A stretch of DNA of 64,000 bases from Escherichia coli (GCF_003018255.1 NZ_CP027440.1); one strand, 5' to 3'; positions 9,684 to 18,753 are shown, numbered from the stretch's first letter. Notes: a model not told the origin generated them from the sequence alone. Made by a program: numbers and translations.

Positions 9684-11286
9684 ACTGTTGCAAAAGCTGA
9701 CCCGTAGCTGTTTTGCCGACCGGGACGCACTGGACTCGGCGCGAACACAGGCGGCGCTGTGGCAGACATGGCTGCTGCCGGTGACGGCAGATACGCCGGT
9801 CGGGGAAGACCCCGGCTACCACGACGATTTCCTGCGTATCCGCGACGAGATGAACAAACTTTCCGGCGCGGATACGGACCTTATCTGCCAGCTTGCCGAA
9901 TCCCTGCTGCTGACGCAGGCAAAAGACGTGCGCATCGCCACTTACTATATCTGGGCGCGACTGCACCGCGATGGCGAACGCGGACTGGCTGAGGGGCTGG
10001 CGCTGTTAGCCGGACTGGTGGAACGCTTCGGTGCGCAACTGCTGCCCTCGCGCCCGGCAAGCCGAAAAATGGCGCTGGAGTGGCTGGCAGGGGAAAAGAT
10101 GCTCGACAGCCTTGCCCGCTACCCGGAAGTGGCAAAAGAGGATTTTGCGAACATTGTTGCCGCTCTTAATCAACTGACGGTTTCCTTCACTGCATGGCCC
10201 GAAGACCAGCATTCCCCCTCCCTGATGCCGCTGATTAACGCGCTGGAATCACGTCTGGCGCAGTCGGGTGGGATGAACGCGGTGGTGCCGCAGAACAGCA
10301 GCGGCGTTCCGGCACCGTCTTCCCCGGTGGATGCGCCACAGGTACAGACCATCACTTCCGGGCGCGACCTGCTCGACCAGGCGAAAGTGCTGGCCCGTTA
10401 TCTGAACGAACAGCCGCAGGGCTGGCTTTCAGCACACCGGCTGATGAAAACCCTGCGCTGGGACACGGTGCATGAACTGCCGCCGGATGTGGACGGAAAA
10501 ACCCGGCTGGCCCCGCCGCGCACAGAATCACGCAACCAGCTTAAGCGGCTGTATGCTCAGCAGAACTGGACGGAACTGCTGGAGCAGGCCGACCTGATGT
10601 TCAGCACCGGCGTCAGCCATTTCTGGCTGGACATTCAGTGGTATCTGCATCAGGCGCTGACTAAGGCGGGCGCACCGTGGGACAGGTGGACAGCGGTTAT
10701 CCGTCAGGACCTGGCGTTACTACTGGAACGCCTGCCGGGGCTGGAAAATCTGGCATGGAACGACGGCACGCCGTTCGCCGATGAGTTGACGCGCAACTGG
10801 ATAGCGCAGCAGGTCATGATGCGGGAAGACGGCGCATGGCTTGCGGGGAAAGCCGCTGTACCGACAGACGACGCCACAAACGACGTACTGGCGCTGGAGC
10901 CGGAAGCGCTGGAGATGGCAGACAGTCAGGGCGTGGAAGCGGCGCTGGGCTGGATACAGACCCGTCCGGGCATCACCACGGCACGCCAGCGCCTGTTATT
11001 GCGACTGCTGATGGCGCGGGTGGCGGAACAGTACGGTAAAAACGAGATGGCGCTCCTGCTGCTGGAAGAACTGGATATCGCCGCACAGGGGCTGACGCTG
11101 ACGCAGTGGGAGCCGGACCTGCTGTTTGAGGTAAAAGCCCGACAGCTGAAACAGCTGCGCCTGCGGGCGCACCGCTATGCGGATAAAGCCCTGCTGAACC
11201 GAAAAATGGAAATCCTGCTGGGAACGCTGGTGACAATAGATCCGGTACGGGCAGCGGTATTGTGTGATACGCAACATAAGGACTGA
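9676..11286 (+). CDS. tssA: TssA (ImpA_N-domain) T6SS baseplate/cap protein
   Basis: N-terminal ImpA_N-like block (...LLPVTADTPVGEDPGYHDDFLRIRDEMNKL...). ATG at 9676 overlaps the tssM stop (ATGAGTGA); an alternative ATG lies at 9649. Confidence 0.8.
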   Translation: MSELLQKLTRSCFADRDALDSARTQAALWQTWLLPVTADTPVGEDPGYHDDFLRIRDEMNKLSGADTDLICQLAESLLLTQAKDVRIATYYIWARLHRDGERGLAEGLALLAGLVERFGAQLLPSRPASRKMALEWLAGEKMLDSLARYPEVAKEDFANIVAALNQLTVSFTAWPEDQHSPSLMPLINALESRLAQSGGMNAVVPQNSSGVPAPSSPVDAPQVQTITSGRDLLDQAKVLARYLNEQPQGWLSAHRLMKTLRWDTVHELPPDVDGKTRLAPPRTESRNQLKRLYAQQNWTELLEQADLMFSTGVSHFWLDIQWYLHQALTKAGAPWDRWTAVIRQDLALLLERLPGLENLAWNDGTPFADELTRNWIAQQVMMREDGAWLAGKAAVPTDDATNDVLALEPEALEMADSQGVEAALGWIQTRPGITTARQRLLLRLLMARVAEQYGKNEMALLLLEELDIAAQGLTLTQWEPDLLFEVKARQLKQLRLRAHRYADKALLNRKMEILLGTLVTIDPVRAAVLCDTQHKD

Positions 11287-12698
11287 TGGCAATGGGAACA
11301 GGCTACTTTCTGGTCAGGGGGGACAAAACCACCTGCGGCGGCAAAATTATTGAAGGCGCGGACGACCATACGATCATGGGTATCCCGCAGGCGCGGGATA
11401 TGGACCGGGTCACCTGCGGCAGATATCCGGGAATGTTTATTATTGTGGGCGGCGTTCCTGAAACAGATATTCACGGCAGGCTGATGGCGGGGACGCTGGA
11501 CAGTCAGAGCAGTTGCCCGTGTAAGGCACGGTTTATTGCGTCAATGATGGATGATACGTATGAGACGGATGACGGGGAAAGTGAAGCGGAACAACATGCG
11601 CAGTCGGCGAAAAAGGATCTGACTTCTGGTTCTGATTCATCCTCTGATGATGTAAAACTGGATTACAGAATTAAATTATCAGGTAATAAGATACTGACGC
11701 CACTGAATATACCTGATTATAAAGAAATGATTAGCGGTGGTAGTACGAAGAATACAGAAAAAATAGATTTTACCATCACAAATAAAGGCGATGAGGCTGA
11801 AGCGCTTTCTCTGGAAGTGCTTGATGGTAATGAAGTGATTTATAGTGAACGGCAGACCGGTAAATATTGTGATAAGGGAGAGCATGCCTGGCAATGGGAT
11901 GGCTACAGTAATCAAGGCATACTGGATACAACTAAGATAAAAAGCAAATCACTACTCGTAAGACTGATTGCTTTATGTGGTGATATGATGATAAAAGTTG
12001 ATTATCCATTGAAAAATGCTGCGAAAGAAGAAGAGTGGGTTGATGTAAAAGTTGACAGAAATAATAAAGTGGTCGATATAACATGGAGATTATCTGTTAA
12101 GGATAGCGGTACAAAAGGCAGTAACCCTGAGTTATCGCCAATACCTTATAGCGATTTAGTTAGTCTTACTAAAAATGGCGTGGAGTTTTACTGGTCACGA
12201 AATGGAAGTCGCGGCGGGGGAATTGGTGGTAATATCGTTACAGCGATTGGGGTTTTTAAAGTAAATGTAAAGGCTGAGATAAATATTACTCCATCTATGC
12301 GAACTTTTGATTTGATATCATCGTTAGATCCAGATATGCAGTCGTCGGTAAGTCTTTTGGGGTTTGAAAAAATATACCATAACTATGGTGGCTATTATAA
12401 TAACAGCAAGGATGAAATAAAGGCTCTTCTATATAGTAATGAAAGATATAAATGGGATAGTGCTCATGAGATGGGACATAAAGTTATGGATAAATATGGT
12501 TCTGAATCATGGACACATAAGGGGACATCCACGCGGGGTCAAAGTACCATCCCTAATACTCCAATGCCATCTTCAGGAGAGATTGATATAATGAAATATG
12601 CAGATAGCTATGCACCTGATAGATATAAGAGATTGGTCGCGGCAGATGAAGATGTTCAGGCATTGATCTGGTTGAGCAGGGTGAGTTTTAATGATTAG
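11286..12698 (+). CDS. PAAR-like domain protein with C-terminal HExxH (zincin-like) putative toxin domain
   Basis: N-terminus (GDKTTCGGKIIEGADDHTIMGIPQARDMDRVTCG...) resembles PAAR/DUF4150 spike-tip domains. C-terminal region is AT-rich and contains HEMGH. ATG overlaps the tssA stop (TGATG). Confidence 0.6.
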   Translation: MAMGTGYFLVRGDKTTCGGKIIEGADDHTIMGIPQARDMDRVTCGRYPGMFIIVGGVPETDIHGRLMAGTLDSQSSCPCKARFIASMMDDTYETDDGESEAEQHAQSAKKDLTSGSDSSSDDVKLDYRIKLSGNKILTPLNIPDYKEMISGGSTKNTEKIDFTITNKGDEAEALSLEVLDGNEVIYSERQTGKYCDKGEHAWQWDGYSNQGILDTTKIKSKSLLVRLIALCGDMMIKVDYPLKNAAKEEEWVDVKVDRNNKVVDITWRLSVKDSGTKGSNPELSPIPYSDLVSLTKNGVEFYWSRNGSRGGGIGGNIVTAIGVFKVNVKAEINITPSMRTFDLISSLDPDMQSSVSLLGFEKIYHNYGGYYNNSKDEIKALLYSNERYKWDSAHEMGHKVMDKYGSESWTHKGTSTRGQSTIPNTPMPSSGEIDIMKYADSYAPDRYKRLVAADEDVQALIWLSRVSFND

Positions 12699-12713
12699 AA
12701 TAATTGTTTTTTA

Positions 12714-13115
12714 TTGTTTTTTTTGAGTGGGTGTACTTCACAAAAAGAGTATTCCAATATAGTCAGGATTGAGAATAGATGCTCCTCAGATATCGATGTC
12801 TTTATTCAGGGATATGTTTCCGGTTCTACGCTGATTTATCAGCATAATATACACTTGCCAGTTGGTGATAGTGATGTATTAGTATATTTTTCCACGGCAG
12901 ATATTGATGATGGTTTTAAATATGAGGGGGCATTCATGATATATAAAGATAGCCGCGGTGAATTGGATTATCCATTCACCATTTCATTGTCAGGGCGCGA
13001 AAAAAAATTTGGGAAGAATGACTTAATTAGATTATCACGAGATATTTCAACAAAAGACGACAGAAAATACGGAGTTATAAGATATATAATCGACAGTCAG
13101 GAAATTTGCCCGTGA
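12714..13115 (+). CDS. Small AT-rich ORF, candidate immunity protein; 5' end probably disrupted by a homopolymer frameshift
   Basis: The track ORF starts at a TTG. An upstream ATG at 12691 (overlapping the PAAR stop) encodes MIRIIVFYCFF and then hits a stop after a T8 tract. One extra T would give MIRIIVFYCFFLSGC..., a lipoprotein signal with lipobox. Confidence 0.4.
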   Translation: MFFLSGCTSQKEYSNIVRIENRCSSDIDVFIQGYVSGSTLIYQHNIHLPVGDSDVLVYFSTADIDDGFKYEGAFMIYKDSRGELDYPFTISLSGREKKFGKNDLIRLSRDISTKDDRKYGVIRYIIDSQEICP

Positions 13116-13324
13116 TGTTTTAAGTTATTCGTTCACAATTATTAATTATTGCCTATTATGTAAGGTAAATTTAATTTGGTTCAGAAAAGACAAGAATACA
13201 TCATTATTAAAATCAATAAGTCAGCAACTATCCATAATATATTCACATAGAATAAATTTAACTATGATGTTACTTCTACACCTGCATGATATTCACTTTC
13301 AATGAAAGGAAGATAATCCCTCCG

Positions 13325-15085
13325 ATGGACGATCTAACCCAACGCTACTACGAAGCCGAAATGCGCTACCTGCGTGAAGCGGGGAAAGAATTTGCGCAGG
13401 CTTACCCCGACCGCGCCGCGATGCTCAATCTTGATAAACCCGGCGCACGCGATCCCTATGTGGAGCGCCTGTTCGAAGGCTTCGCTTTTTTAATGGGTCG
13501 CCTGCGTGAAAAGCTGGATGACGACCTGCCCGAACTGACCGAGGGGCTGGTCAGCCTGCTGTGGCCTCACTACCTGCGAACCATCCCGTCACTTTCCGTG
13601 GTTGAACTGTCGACAGATCACCGGCAGATGAAGCAGAGCGAAACACTGAGTAATTTTCAGGTATTGTCGCGTCCTGTTGGCGAGCGCAGAACCCGCTGTG
13701 TCTACAGTGCTACGCGGGATATCACGCTGCATCCGCTGGCGCTGCCGGACGTGTCATTGCAATATGAACCGGACGGGCGCTCGGTTATCCGTCTGCGCTT
13801 TGAATGCGGCCCGCTGGTTGGTGACTGGTCACAGATCGATCTATCCCGTTTGCCGCTCTATCTCAATGCCGACAGCCCGGTGGCCTGTGCGCTGCACCGG
13901 GCTTTAACGCTTGGCACCCAGCAGTTCTGGCTGCGTCTGCCGGGGCAGGAACGCCGTGTGCTGGACGCGCACTTTTCCCCGATGGGTTTTGATGACAATG
14001 ACCGACTGTGGCCAAAAGGCGAGTCGGCGTTCAGCGGCTACCAGTTGCTGCTGGAGTATTTCACCTTCCGCGAAAAGTTTATGTTTGTGGCGCTGAACGG
14101 GCTGGAGAACGTCATCTGGCCGGAAGGGATGAGCGGCTTTGAGATTGACGTGGTGCTGAGCGAGAACTGGCCTCACGACCTGCCGTTTGACAGCGATAAT
14201 ATCCGTCTGCACTGCGTGCCGGTCATCAACCTGTTCCCGCTGGAAGCCGATCCGTTACACCTTTCGCCACTGGAAAACGAATTTCTGCTGCGCCCGATGC
14301 GTATTCAGGACGGGCATACCGAGATTTATTCCGTCGACAACATTATTTCTTCGCGCCATACCGGCAGTCAGGCGTATGTCCCGTTTTCCAGCTTTCGTCA
14401 CCGGGGCGGGATGCTGCGCCACGATGCACCGGAACGCTATTACCATACGCGGGTTAAGCGCGGCCCTTCCGGCCTGCATGATACCTGGCTGATTCTGGGC
14501 GGCGATGCGTTTGATTCCGACCGGATGCTGGAGGATGAAACGCTCTCTTTAAGCCTGACCGGCACTAACGGACAGCTTCCCCGTAAGGCTTTACAGAGCA
14601 CGCTGCTTGATACGCCAGTTCATGCCTCACAGAACGTCCTGCGGGTGCGCAACCTGTGCGCCCCGACGCAGCCCTGTTATCCCCCGGCGCGTGACCGCTT
14701 CCACTGGCGGGTGCTCAGCCACCTCGGTTCTAACTTTCTTTCAATGATGGATAACGCCGAAATTCTGCGCGGCACGCTGGCGCTGTACGACTGGACCGAA
14801 AGCGAGATGAACCGCCGCCGTCTGTCGGCGATTGTCGACGTTCAGCACAGCCTGATACAGCGTTTTGAAAGAGGCTTTCTGCTGCGTGGCGTGGATATTC
14901 AGGTGACGCTGGACAGCACCGGCTTTGCCGGAGAGGGTGATATCACGCTGTTTGGCGAACTGCTGCACCGCTTCTTTGCACTGTATGCCGATATCCACTT
15001 ATTCACTCAACTGACCTTAATTCTGCAACCCACAGGAAAGTGCCTGCAATGGACAGAGCATCACAGCCAGCGCGTACCGGGCTGA
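13325..15085 (+). CDS. tssF: TssF (ImpG/VasA family) baseplate protein
   Basis: N-terminus MDDLTQRYYEAEMRYLREAGKEFAQAYPDRAAMLNL matches the conserved TssF N-terminal pattern. The track ORF begins 13 codons upstream at 13286. Confidence 0.8.
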   Translation: MDDLTQRYYEAEMRYLREAGKEFAQAYPDRAAMLNLDKPGARDPYVERLFEGFAFLMGRLREKLDDDLPELTEGLVSLLWPHYLRTIPSLSVVELSTDHRQMKQSETLSNFQVLSRPVGERRTRCVYSATRDITLHPLALPDVSLQYEPDGRSVIRLRFECGPLVGDWSQIDLSRLPLYLNADSPVACALHRALTLGTQQFWLRLPGQERRVLDAHFSPMGFDDNDRLWPKGESAFSGYQLLLEYFTFREKFMFVALNGLENVIWPEGMSGFEIDVVLSENWPHDLPFDSDNIRLHCVPVINLFPLEADPLHLSPLENEFLLRPMRIQDGHTEIYSVDNIISSRHTGSQAYVPFSSFRHRGGMLRHDAPERYYHTRVKRGPSGLHDTWLILGGDAFDSDRMLEDETLSLSLTGTNGQLPRKALQSTLLDTPVHASQNVLRVRNLCAPTQPCYPPARDRFHWRVLSHLGSNFLSMMDNAEILRGTLALYDWTESEMNRRRLSAIVDVQHSLIQRFERGFLLRGVDIQVTLDSTGFAGEGDITLFGELLHRFFALYADIHLFTQLTLILQPTGKCLQWTEHHSQRVPG

Positions 15086-16128
15086 CCGACCGGCTGGCCC
15101 CGGATATTGCGCGGATCAATTTTTACCGTTTTTGCCAGTTGCTGGAACAGAGCCCGCAGAACGCGCCGCTGGGCAGTACCGACAGCCCCGCCACCGATGC
15201 GGTGCGCTTTCGTCCTCATCCAGGTATGGGCTTTCCGGTCAGCGAGTTAAAAAACGTTGAACGTGACGTGGGCAATCCCGACGCGCCCCCCACGGTGCGC
15301 ACCACTTTTCTCGGCCTGTACGGCGTGGATTCGCCGCTGCCAACCGCCTATCTGGACTACATTACCCAGCGTCATGACGGACATGACGCAGTGATGGCGT
15401 TTCTCGATATTTTTAACCATCGCTTTATTACTCAGTACTACCGCATCTGGCGCAAATATAACTACCCGGCGTCGTTTGAAGCAGGTGCCGTGGATGACAT
15501 TTCCCGTTGTCTGCTGGGACTCATCGGGCTGGGTATTCCCGGCAGCGAGAACCATATCGCCACGCCGGTATCCCGTTTTCTGGCCCTGCTCAGCGTGATG
15601 CGCCTGCCGACGCGCACGGCGGAAGGCGTTACGGCACTGGTGGGACTGCTTGCCCCGCTGACGAAAGCGACGGTGGTGCCTCATGATCCGCAGCCTGTAA
15701 TTCTCCCGGCCCCTGCGGGTCTGTCAAAAAATTCACGCATCAGCCTGAAAACGCGAACGCTGCTGGGGCGTACCGGTACCGACGTCAACAGCCAGTTGCT
15801 GCTGAAACTGTATACCGAAGATGCCGCAGAAGCGCGTGGCTGGCTGCCCGGCGGGCAACTGCACAGCGATTTGCTGGTGCTGCTGCGCGTTTATCTGGGC
15901 TGGCGCTGTCAGGCCCGTCTGCAACTGACGCTGCCCGTCAGCCTGTTGCCTGCTGCCCGGCTGGGAAAACAGCGTGTACAGATTAGCCGTACCGGCATCC
16001 TTCGCGCCTCCTTTGCCGCGCCCGCGACCGGAACAGTGACGGTCAGTCTGGGGCGTTATCAGGGATTAATACCCGCTTTTTCCATTCGTAACAGGGAGAG
16101 TATGACTCATGTTTCCTATTCGTTTTAA
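15049..16128 (+). CDS. tssG: TssG baseplate protein
   Basis: N-terminal ...INFYRFCQLLEQ... is typical of TssG. ATG at 15049 follows SD AGGAAAG and overlaps the tssF 3' end. Confidence 0.8.
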   Translation: MDRASQPARTGLTDRLAPDIARINFYRFCQLLEQSPQNAPLGSTDSPATDAVRFRPHPGMGFPVSELKNVERDVGNPDAPPTVRTTFLGLYGVDSPLPTAYLDYITQRHDGHDAVMAFLDIFNHRFITQYYRIWRKYNYPASFEAGAVDDISRCLLGLIGLGIPGSENHIATPVSRFLALLSVMRLPTRTAEGVTALVGLLAPLTKATVVPHDPQPVILPAPAGLSKNSRISLKTRTLLGRTGTDVNSQLLLKLYTEDAAEARGWLPGGQLHSDLLVLLRVYLGWRCQARLQLTLPVSLLPAARLGKQRVQISRTGILRASFAAPATGTVTVSLGRYQGLIPAFSIRNRESMTHVSYSF

Positions 16129-16645
16129 ACGTCCGGCGTTGCTCTGTATGGCGATGCTGACGGTTGTTCTGAGTGGCTGCGGGCTGATTCAGAAAGTGGT
16201 GGATGAATCGAAAAGCGTGGCCTCAGCCGTTTTCTACAAACAAATCAAAATACTGCATCTCGATTTCTTCTCCCGCAGCGCCCTGAATACGGATGCGGAA
16301 GATACGCCGCTTTCCACGATGGTGCATGTCTGGCAACTGAAAACCCGCGAAGATTTTGATAAGGCGGATTATGACACCCTGTTTATGCAGGAAGAGAAGA
16401 CGCTGGAGAAGGACGTACTGGCAAAACACACCGTCTGGGTAAAACCTGAAGGCACGGCATCCCTGAATGTGCCGCTGGATAAAGAGACGCAGTTTGTCGC
16501 CATTATTGGGCAGTTTTATCACCCGGATGAAAAAAGCGACAGCTGGCGTCTGGTGATCAAAAGGGACGAACTGGAGGCCGACAAGCCGCGCTCGATTGAA
16601 CTGATGAGAAGCGACCTGCGACTGCTGCCTCTCAAGGATAAATAA
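16109..16645 (+). CDS. tssJ: TssJ outer-membrane lipoprotein
   Basis: 178 aa. Signal peptide with lipobox (MLTVVLSGCGL). Size and position between tssG and tssE. Confidence 0.8.
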   Translation: MFPIRFKRPALLCMAMLTVVLSGCGLIQKVVDESKSVASAVFYKQIKILHLDFFSRSALNTDAEDTPLSTMVHVWQLKTREDFDKADYDTLFMQEEKTLEKDVLAKHTVWVKPEGTASLNVPLDKETQFVAIIGQFYHPDEKSDSWRLVIKRDELEADKPRSIELMRSDLRLLPLKDK

Positions 16646-16648
16646 CCG

Positions 16649-17077
16649 ATGGCGACACCTTCCTTATATGAAATGCTGACGTTCAGTTTCAGCGGCGAGT
16701 TACCGCTGGAACAGGTCAGTGAGCGGGATCAGCTTATCCTTTCCGTGATGGACAATATGCAACGCATTATCAACTGTCGGGCAGGCACACTGGCGCATTT
16801 GCCGGATTACGGTCTGCCGGATCTCAGCCTGATCCATCAGGGGATGGCTGCGGGTATTCATAGCCTGATGCGCCAGATTGAAGAAACGCTGCTGCGTTAT
16901 GAACCACGCCTGAATCAGATACAGGTGGAGTTACTGCCCCAGCCCGGTCCGGGGCATCTTAATTACCTGATCCACGCGCAGCTTCCCGATACCGGCTGGA
17001 TACGCTTTGATGGCGTATTTTCTCCGGAAGGACGAATTGTTCTGCGTCATCTCAAACAACAGGAGCGGGCGTACTGA
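16649..17077 (+). CDS. tssE: TssE (gp25-like) baseplate protein
   Basis: 142-aa protein of gp25/GPW25 size class. Stop overlaps the next gene start (TGATG). Confidence 0.75.
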   Translation: MATPSLYEMLTFSFSGELPLEQVSERDQLILSVMDNMQRIINCRAGTLAHLPDYGLPDLSLIHQGMAAGIHSLMRQIEETLLRYEPRLNQIQVELLPQPGPGHLNYLIHAQLPDTGWIRFDGVFSPEGRIVLRHLKQQERAY

Positions 17078-18453
17078 TGGCAAGTAACGCGAATTTTATC
17101 AGCCAGTTCGTCATGGGCGGCGATCCCTGTACTTATAAGGAATCCGGTGAACTGCAGGCTGAAATGAGTAAACTGACTCACCCGGCCCGACCGGATGTGG
17201 ACTGGCGTCAGGTGGAAAAACTCTGCCTCGCGCTGTTCCGGCAAAATGGCGTGGAACTACAGACGCTGGTCTGTTACGTGCTGGCAATAACCAGACGGCA
17301 GGGGCTGGCAGGGATGGCAGACGGACTCGGTTCACTGGATATACTGCTCCAGCGCTGGGCTGACTTCTGGCCGGTACAGGTACATTCCAGAATATCACTG
17401 CTCAGCTGGGTCACAGAAAAAATGCAGCAGGCACTGAGAACGCTGGATATTCAGTATCAGGATCTGCCGCAGATCTACCGTTGTGTACAGCATCTTTCCG
17501 CCATCGAAACCACGCTGCAACAGTGTGAACTGTGGCATATGACGAAGCTGGACGTATTGTCCGGGCAGTTTCGCAATGCGGCTCTGCGTCTGGAACGGCT
17601 GGCGCCTCAGGGAGCGGAAACCATTATCACTCCCCCTGAATTACCCCGCCGGGAAATGAATCAACCGAAAAAGTCAGAGGAAAGTCCACAGCCGGTTTTT
17701 GCAACCAGATCCGTTCAGCAAAACGATAAGGATGCCAGTCCACCCGTGCCATCCCCTGAAATCTCCCGGCAGCGGACATGGCCGATATTTATGGCCGGAA
17801 TGGTTGTGATGGCCGGTCTCGGCGGAACAGGATTATGGGGCTGGTCGCAGCTTAATCAGCCGGACGCGCTAATCCAGCGAATACAACTGTCTGTCATGCC
17901 GTTGCCGCAGTCGCTGGAGAGCGGCGAACTGGCAAAGCTGGATGTAAAGGATAAGGCGCTGCTGGCTCAGGACAGAACAATTGCGGCAAGTCAGATGCAA
18001 CTGGAGCAGTTAAACAAATTGCCTGCCCGCTGGCCACTGGAGCAGGGATATCGCCAGCTACGCCAGCTTGATGCCCTGTGGCCGGATAATCCTCAGGTCA
18101 GGGCGCTGAACGCGCAGTGGCGCAAACAGCGGGAGCTGAGCGCCCTGTCTGCTGAGGCACTGAATGGCTATGCTCAGGCGCAGAGCCAGCTACAGCGCCT
18201 GTCGGCGCAGCTGGATGCACTGGATGAACGTAAGGGGAGATATCTGACCGGTTCGGAACTAAAAACGGCGGTGTACGGCATCCGGCAGTCGTTAAAGGAG
18301 CCGCCGCTGGAAGAACTGCTTCGGCAACTGGAAGAGCAAAAACAGACCGGAGAGGTTTCGCCAACGCTGTTGACGCAAATTGATACCCGGTTAAATCAGT
18401 TGTTGAATCGCTATGTCATTTTACTGGATACGAAGGTGGAACAAAGTCAGTAA
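17077..18453 (+). CDS. ImpA_N-domain, membrane-anchored T6SS accessory protein (TagA/VasL-like)
   Basis: N-terminal ImpA_N-like region, one hydrophobic helix (WPIFMAGMVVMAGLGGTGLWGW), and a C-terminal Q/L/E/R-rich region with heptad-like character. Last gene of the + strand cluster. Confidence 0.6.
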   Translation: MASNANFISQFVMGGDPCTYKESGELQAEMSKLTHPARPDVDWRQVEKLCLALFRQNGVELQTLVCYVLAITRRQGLAGMADGLGSLDILLQRWADFWPVQVHSRISLLSWVTEKMQQALRTLDIQYQDLPQIYRCVQHLSAIETTLQQCELWHMTKLDVLSGQFRNAALRLERLAPQGAETIITPPELPRREMNQPKKSEESPQPVFATRSVQQNDKDASPPVPSPEISRQRTWPIFMAGMVVMAGLGGTGLWGWSQLNQPDALIQRIQLSVMPLPQSLESGELAKLDVKDKALLAQDRTIAASQMQLEQLNKLPARWPLEQGYRQLRQLDALWPDNPQVRALNAQWRKQRELSALSAEALNGYAQAQSQLQRLSAQLDALDERKGRYLTGSELKTAVYGIRQSLKEPPLEELLRQLEEQKQTGEVSPTLLTQIDTRLNQLLNRYVILLDTKVEQSQ

Positions 18454-18660
18454 ACATCGGGGGATTTATGTACCAATAAGGGATATGTGACCTTGCCATT
18501 TTTTAAAATGGAGTCTCTGTGTACAAAAAAGAGAGGAACAGGCCATTCGATCTACTCGTTGATTCACATCAGATAATGAGTGTATATTTCGGTAGATAGC
18601 TTGGGTTCGGGAACAGTGAATACCTTAAGTTTCAAAAGATTGGATTAACCTCTTGACTGT

Positions 18661-18674
18661 GGCCCCCGCAACCA
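18661..18674 (+). repeat. 14-nt segment identical to the 3' end of initiator tRNA-fMet (GGCCCCCGCAACCA); putative island attachment-site remnant
   Basis: Exact match to the acceptor-stem 3' strand plus discriminator and CCA of E. coli tRNA-fMet as I recall it. No full tRNA is present in the window. Lies at the boundary between the T6SS cluster and the downstream region. Confidence 0.55.
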
Positions 18675-18692
18675 ATTTATTAGAATGCTGAC

Positions 18693-18728
18693 AAACCGCA
18701 ATGTGTTCTACAAATTGCGGTTTTTTTG
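18693..18728 (+). terminator. Rho-independent terminator ending the T6SS operon
   Basis: Inverted repeat AAACCGCAAT / ATTGCGGTTT followed by TTTTTTT. Confidence 0.6.
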
Positions 18729-18753
18729 TATTTAAAATCTTTGTTCGCTGAAC

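Noticed and set aside
12714-12722. TTG at 12714 or 12723 as the genuine start of the post-PAAR ORF.
   Set aside because: Not excluded, but the resulting N-terminus (MFFLSGC) is too short for a signal peptide while containing a lipobox. An upstream ATG coupled to the PAAR stop gives a full lipoprotein signal after a single-T correction, so a frameshift is the better explanation.
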